Of a stretch of DNA of 64,000 bases, positions 59,557 through 64,000 are shown piece by piece. The notes beneath the pieces were generated by a model. It was not told the DNA's origin. It made no database searches and saw only the letters and a list, made by a program, of their open reading frames with translations. A program made the position numbers and the translations under genes. Within the stretch, counting starts at the first letter, position 1; the number at the start of each line of letters is the position of its first letter. The stretch is from Actinomycetes bacterium (GTDB lineage: Bacteria > Actinomycetota > Acidimicrobiia > Acidimicrobiales > JAMCPL01), in contig JAKAWR010000005.1 of NCBI GenBank assembly GCA_021816935.1, forward strand, positions 10,256 through 74,255, written 5' to 3'.

Positions 59557-61197
59557 GTGCAAGTGTGCTCGCACTTCTCATGTTCATCGACGCTCGGACT
59601 CGTGCTGGCAACAGGCGCGCCTGCCTCGGCTTCCACGCCGGTACTCCCGGTACTGAACTGGACCCAGGTTTGTACGAGCTCCTGTACGAGCCCTCCCGCC
59701 CGCGACCTCGCCACCATGGCCTATGACCCGGCAACGGGGAACATGGTGCTCTTCGGGGGCGACGGCAGCAGCGGCTACCTCGCCGACACCTGGAGTTTCT
59801 ATCAGGTAGTAGTCCCACCTTCTAAGCCCACACAAAGCCCGCCATCTGTGACAGCCGGATCGGTAACTGTGAACTGGACGGCCCTATCGCTCGACGGCGG
59901 ATCTCCAATCACCGGATATGACGTCTACATGAGCACATCATCCGGCGGTGAGAACTACGGCGGATCTCCCGCCTGCACAGGGGGAGCCTCGGCAACGAGC
60001 TGTAGCGTGTCAGGGCTTACGAACGGCACCACCTACTACTTCACGGTAGAGGCGACAAACGCGGCCGGAAGCTCCTCTCCTTCGAACGAGGAGCAGGCAA
60101 CCCCTGTGAACCCCCCGCCTGCACCTGCCCCACCGGTTGTCTCCTCTGTGGCGCCTTCTTCCGGGCCCGAGCAGGGCGGCACCTCTGTCGTGATCACCGG
60201 TACGAACTTCACCTCGGGGGCAACTGTGGACTTCGGAACTTCTGGAGCAACAGATGTGGCGGTCGTCTCTGCTACGAAGATCACGGCCACCTCGCCTGGC
60301 GGAACTGGAGTGGTAGACGTGACCGTAACAACTGGTGCCGGCACCTCTGCCAAGTCCCGAGCAGACGACTTCAGCTACCAAAGCCCTCCCGTCATACCTC
60401 CTGGATCGCTCTACACTGCGGTTTCTCCAGCAAGGATATGTGACACGAGACCAGCTAACCCCTCGAACCTCTCTGGGCCAGCCTCCCAGTGCAACGGCCA
60501 CACCCTATCTCCGGGCACGCCCCTTTCTGTCCAAGTGGCAGGTGCCGGCCCGGTACCTTCAACCGGTGTGTCAGCGGTGGTGCTTGCCGTAACCGCCACG
60601 GGGTTCTCTTCGGCCGGCTACCTCAGCGTCTATCCAGCCGGAGGACCAGCACCGATTGCGTCCAACCTGAACTTCTACCCAGGTAAGGACGATGTCGGAA
60701 ATACGGTGGTGGTCCCCCTCGGTGGGAAAGGAGCCGTCTACCTCGTCTCCAATGCGGCTACAGACGTCGTTCTCGACGTGGTCGGCTACTACTCTTCGTC
60801 TGGTCCTGGAAGCCGTTTTAGCGCCGAGGCTTCCCCGGTTCGCATATGTGACACGAGACCAGCTAACCCCTCGAACCTCTCTGGTACCGCCTCCCAGTGC
60901 AACGGAGCCACCATGGGGAAAGGATCGGAGATGACCGTCTCTGTGGCCGGGCTTGCTGGTGTTCCCATGACCGCTACAGCGGTTGTTGTAAACGTGACAG
61001 CAATACCAACCCAAGGACCGGGCTACCTCACGATCTGGCCGGGCGGCACGAGGCCCACGGTATCGAACCTCAGCTGGGACACCGGCCAAATCGTGGCAGA
61101 GACCACCGTGGCCACCTTGGCCACATCGGGCACGATCACCATCTACGCGTCCGCCTCGACAGATGTCATCGTCGACGTAGAGGGCTGGTACTCCTGA
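59557..61197 (+). CDS. secreted multidomain surface protein (Kelch-like motif, FN3, IPT/TIG, two copies of an uncharacterised beta domain)
   Basis: Hydrophobic TLGLVLATGAPASAS; Kelch-like MAYDPATGNMVLFGGDG...DTWSF; FN3 (VTVNWTA...ITGYDVY...TYYFTVEATNAAG); IPT (GGTSVVITGTNFTSGATVDFG). These are followed by two repeats starting RICDTRPANPSNLSG.ASQCNG and ending DV..GYYS/GWYS. The start is uncertain: the track ORF begins at 59233 inside the non-coding island. Confidence 0.75.
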   Translation: MQVCSHFSCSSTLGLVLATGAPASASTPVLPVLNWTQVCTSSCTSPPARDLATMAYDPATGNMVLFGGDGSSGYLADTWSFYQVVVPPSKPTQSPPSVTAGSVTVNWTALSLDGGSPITGYDVYMSTSSGGENYGGSPACTGGASATSCSVSGLTNGTTYYFTVEATNAAGSSSPSNEEQATPVNPPPAPAPPVVSSVAPSSGPEQGGTSVVITGTNFTSGATVDFGTSGATDVAVVSATKITATSPGGTGVVDVTVTTGAGTSAKSRADDFSYQSPPVIPPGSLYTAVSPARICDTRPANPSNLSGPASQCNGHTLSPGTPLSVQVAGAGPVPSTGVSAVVLAVTATGFSSAGYLSVYPAGGPAPIASNLNFYPGKDDVGNTVVVPLGGKGAVYLVSNAATDVVLDVVGYYSSSGPGSRFSAEASPVRICDTRPANPSNLSGTASQCNGATMGKGSEMTVSVAGLAGVPMTATAVVVNVTAIPTQGPGYLTIWPGGTRPTVSNLSWDTGQIVAETTVATLATSGTITIYASASTDVIVDVEGWYS

Positions 61198-61359
61198 GAC
61201 CGTAGGGCGCTCCTGGCCCTGAGCCGGATCCCAGGTTCTGCCTGGCGGTGGGATTGGCCAGGAGCGCCCCGGCACCGCGCCACGGCGACCGGCATGCCAA
61301 CCGGCACATCGAGCGTCGTAACCGAGACGACCTCGCGAGCCGACCGGACAAAGGAGTCG

Positions 61360-61494
61360 ATGTACGTGCTACAGGCGAGGCGTACGATCACAGGGCCTGA
61401 TTCGGTCCAGCGATTCACGTGGACCGGTTCCGGCGTACCGGTTGGTGGAGGCGGCCTCGAATGGGACGTCATCCTGTATCATTATTGGAGGTAG
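61360..61494 (+). CDS. possible small ORF (44 aa) immediately upstream of 61498
   Basis: The ATG is preceded by AAGGAG with only a 3-nt spacing, and the stop TAG lies 3 nt before the next ATG. No recognisable motif. Confidence 0.2.
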   Translation: MYVLQARRTITGPDSVQRFTWTGSGVPVGGGGLEWDVILYHYWR

Positions 61495-61497
61495 GTA

Positions 61498-62226
61498 ATG
61501 ACGATGGCGATGAACGCACACGACATGATCACGGCTATGAGGGCCGATCCGGCGCTCGCCGAGGAGATGCGCGCGGTCGTACTCGACGAGGAGTTGCGCA
61601 GCCTGCCCGAGATCGTAAGGAATCTTGCCGTCCAGGTCGCTGCGAACACGAAGGCTATTGCCGAGCTGACCGTCCAGGTCGCTGCGAACACGAAGGCTAT
61701 TGCCGAGCTGACCGTCCAGGTCGCTGCGAACACGAAGGCTATTGCCGAGCTTGTAGAGGTGACGAAGCTACACGGTATGCGTCTGGACAGAATAGACGGC
61801 CGGATCTCGAACTTGATGGGTTGGCGCTACGAGGAGCAGGTGGACAAGCAGCTCCGGGCGATTATGGGCCGGGTAGGTCCGGGGTTCAGACGTGTTGCTC
61901 CCTCGGACAGGAACGAGTTTGCCGACCGGATGGATGAGGCCGTGGAGGCGGGGCGGGTGAGTGCTGACGAGGCCGGCGCAGTGCTGGAGGCCAACTCCGT
62001 TGCGACTGCGCAGGCGAAAGACGACGGCCGCGAGGTGTACCTGGTCGTGGAATCGTCGATCACTGTGGCCCAGGATGACGTGGAGCGAGCCCGGACTCGA
62101 GCCGCCATCATCGCTCAGGCGCTCGATGTGGATACGAAGGCCGTTGTCGTCGGCTCGATCCTGCCCGATGGCGTGGACTACGGCGGTGTGTTGCCGGTGC
62201 GTTTCACGGGCAAGCATATAGCCTGA
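61498..62226 (+). CDS. coiled-coil protein with C-terminal domain resembling a degenerate PD-(D/E)xK-like fold family
   Basis: Strong RBS (GGAGG 7 nt upstream). The N-terminus has VQVAANTKAIAELT x3. The C-terminal DGREVYLVVESSITVAQDDVERARTRAAIIAQAL resembles a widespread actinobacterial/cyanobacterial hypothetical family as I remember it. Confidence 0.7.
   Translation: MTMAMNAHDMITAMRADPALAEEMRAVVLDEELRSLPEIVRNLAVQVAANTKAIAELTVQVAANTKAIAELTVQVAANTKAIAELVEVTKLHGMRLDRIDGRISNLMGWRYEEQVDKQLRAIMGRVGPGFRRVAPSDRNEFADRMDEAVEAGRVSADEAGAVLEANSVATAQAKDDGREVYLVVESSITVAQDDVERARTRAAIIAQALDVDTKAVVVGSILPDGVDYGGVLPVRFTGKHIA
61630..61751. repeat. perfect 42-bp tandem repeat x ~2.9
   Basis: GTCCAGGTCGCTGCGAACACGAAGGCTATTGCCGAGCTGACC at 61630-61671 and 61672-61713 (identical), with a third copy that diverges after ~38 nt. 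Confidence 0.92.
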
Positions 62227-62427
62227 CCGGTTGTGGTGCCGGGCCGGCACCGCGCCGGCGAGGTGTATCTCCCTCCATGGTCCTTATCCGGAGCGGGACG
62301 CGGGCCTCACGAAGTGGCAGGGGCAGCGTTGGATCGTGAGCTTGCATTGTCCGGCCGGCGATAGAGTATCAGACGTCAATACCGGTCAGTTCCTGCCGCA
62401 GGATTCAACACCTACACAGCGGCCCGG

Positions 62428-63406
62428 GTGGAAGCGAGGAATAGCATTTCTACATCCGAAGACTTGGGAGAGTTCGTAGCTTGGGCGGTGATCGCGGATG
62501 ACCACGAGGTTCTTCGCGAAGCCGGGGCGCTTGCGCAAAGAACGAGAGAATTGGTGCCATACCCGGGCTGGCATTTCGGCATCGAAGAAGAAGCGCCAGA
62601 CGACGCCCTGCTCAGAAGGTTGATGTTATGGAGCGTCGGCGGGCATCGCAAGCTGGAGGAGCCTGTAGTGGTGCCATGGGCGAACGGATTGCGCCTTCCC
62701 CTGTGGCTCGGCGACGAGATAAGCAGGTGCCTCTTCGTTGGGACGTGCCTGGAACCGAATGAGATGGCTTATGTCAGATCGATTCTCAGACCCGGCATGG
62801 GTCGTTCTCGACGGTGGTGCGAATCAGGGCCTGTACACACTCCTGGCTGCAAGTGTCGTCGGTCCGGCGGGGCGGGTCCTAGCGGTGGAGCCGAGTTCGC
62901 GGGAGCTGGGGCGATTGGCAACCGCCATCAGGATCAACAAGCTGGCAAACGTGACCGTGGTGCCAGTGGCTCTCAGCGATGCCGCGGGCGAGGGTGATTT
63001 GCTGGTGGCGGAGTCCGAGCACGGAGGGCATAACGCGTTCGGGAAACTGCGTTACGCGGAGGTGCGTGTGGTGGACACCGTCAGGGTCCGGATGAGGACA
63101 ATCGACGAGATCAGTGATGAATGCAAGCTCGAACGTCTCGATTTCGTCAAGCTCGATCTCGAGGGATACGAGGCAAAGGCGTTACGTGGTGCTGGGCAGA
63201 CGCTCGAAAGATTCCGGCCGACCCTGCTGATCGAGTGGCCGACAGGGGAAGGGGGTCCGGAAGTGGAGCAGGACTGCCAGGAGCTACTTGATCTTCTGGA
63301 ACAGTTCAGATATGTGGCGCTCGCAATCGACCCCGGCACCGGCCTACCCTCCGAGCGGCAGATGGCGATCGGGCCCTCCGAAAACGTGATCGCCGTTCCG
63401 GAATGA
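62428..63406 (+). pseudogene. FkbM-family methyltransferase interrupted by a +1 frameshift near 62799-62801
   Basis: The N-terminal part (...CLEPNEMAYVRSILRPGM) is in the frame of ORF 62428..62997. The SAM-binding part (VVLDGGANQGLYTL...LDFVKLDLEGYE) is in the frame of ORF 62738..63406. Removing one G from the GGG run restores RPGMVVLDGGANQG. Confidence 0.7.
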
Positions 63407-63712
63407 CAGGTTCATAGCCAATCGGGGGCGGCATAGCCGAGCCAAGCATACTGCTCCCACGCTTTGTCCGATACGACGCGCCGCACCACCTCCCTCTGCC
63501 AGCCGGCCAACAAGTGACGGGTGGGTCCGGGCGTGGTGTGCGTATTGAGCGCCGGTGTCTGTATCCGACGTAGGTCGCGGCGCAGGGTGTGGTAGCGATA
63601 CCGGTAAGAGCAACGTAATCCTGGCCGTTGCGATGGGCCGCCCCTGCGAGGGCAAGCGCGTAGACACCCGCTACCGAACCGGACAGCTCGTCGGCGCTGG
63701 TACACTCTTGCG

Positions 63713-64000
63713 GTGATCTCGGTCGTCACCTACGGGCGGAACGACAACTACGGCTACAACCTGGCAAAGCGGGCCGCTATCAGCTTCAATGCGATAGCAG
63801 CGGTGCTCGACCGGGAGGACGACGAGATAATCTTCGTCGACTGCAACACCCCTGACGATATGCCGACGTTCCCCGAGGCGATACGGGACACCCTCACACC
63901 GGAGGCGACGCGGCTGCTCCGCGTCCTCAGGGTCAGGCCCGTTCTGTACGGCAGGTACAAGGGGGGCTCGCCGCTCCCAGCGCTGGAGCCGCTCTGCCGC
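63713..64000 (+). CDS. GT-A-fold glycosyltransferase-like protein (5' part, runs off the window)
   Basis: An open frame from GTG 63713 to the window end translates as VISVVTYGRNDNYGYN...DDEIIFVDCNTPDD (GT2-like N-terminus with a DxD-like motif). It is not in the track because no stop is reached. Confidence 0.5.
   Translation, partial: MISVVTYGRNDNYGYNLAKRAAISFNAIAAVLDREDDEIIFVDCNTPDDMPTFPEAIRDTLTPEATRLLRVLRVRPVLYGRYKGGSPLPALEPLCR

Noticed and set aside
60436-60884. Diversity-generating retroelement (template/variable repeat) explanation for the duplicated 41-mer
   Set aside because: No reverse transcriptase or accessory gene is in the window, both copies lie inside the same gene, and the differences are not adenine-specific.
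63344-63729. Minus-strand ORFs 63412..63729 and 63344..63667
   Set aside because: Both are Arg-rich with no motifs or RBS. They lie in the short spacer between the FkbM gene and the GT-A-like gene and partly overlap the latter's start. They may be a gene remnant, but this is unsupported.

Overview
High-GC, actinobacterium-like chromosomal window made up mostly of conserved housekeeping genes. In order: a SAM methyltransferase, tRNA-Ser(GCT), a DinG-type helicase, tRNA-Phe(GAA) and pyrE. Then comes a nearly complete de novo purine set on the minus strand (purM, purF, purL, purQ, purS, purC, purB, purD, purA), interrupted by a PHP phosphoesterase gene and a small Lys-rich gene on the other strand. 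Next are a five-gene heat-shock operon dnaK-grpE-dnaJ-hspR-clpB with a near-consensus promoter, gpmA, tRNA-Gly(CCC), dcd, a membrane Fe-S (HdrD/GlpC-like) oxidoreductase, a cNMP-binding protein, dnaB, a PrpD/MmgE-family protein, a DD-carboxypeptidase, the rpsF-ssb-rpsR-rplI cluster and panB. These are followed by acyl-CoA metabolism genes (acyl-CoA synthetase, acyl-CoA dehydrogenase, crotonyl-CoA carboxylase/reductase, methylmalonyl-CoA epimerase, carboxyltransferase beta plus epsilon) and nadE. From about 54 kb there is an accessory cell-envelope region: nucleotide-sugar dehydrogenase, GT4, FAD oxidoreductase, an FN3/IPT surface protein, a coiled-coil protein, a frameshifted FkbM methyltransferase and a GT-A-like gene. 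The most unusual features are: (1) a ~1.3 kb non-coding island (58278-59556) with an array of CGTCACGTGACG palindromes, a 177-nt almost G-free C/T-rich tract and several short tandem repeats; (2) long Arg/Gly/Glu/Asp-rich C-terminal extensions on both S6 and S18; (3) a small MITE-like repeat family at three loci; (4) low-complexity insertions in core enzymes such as PurM. I saw no CRISPR array, rRNA, transposase, integrase or recognisable defence system. Many long ORFs in the track are antisense or alternate-frame artefacts of high GC. All functional calls rest on motifs I recognised by eye, not on database searches.
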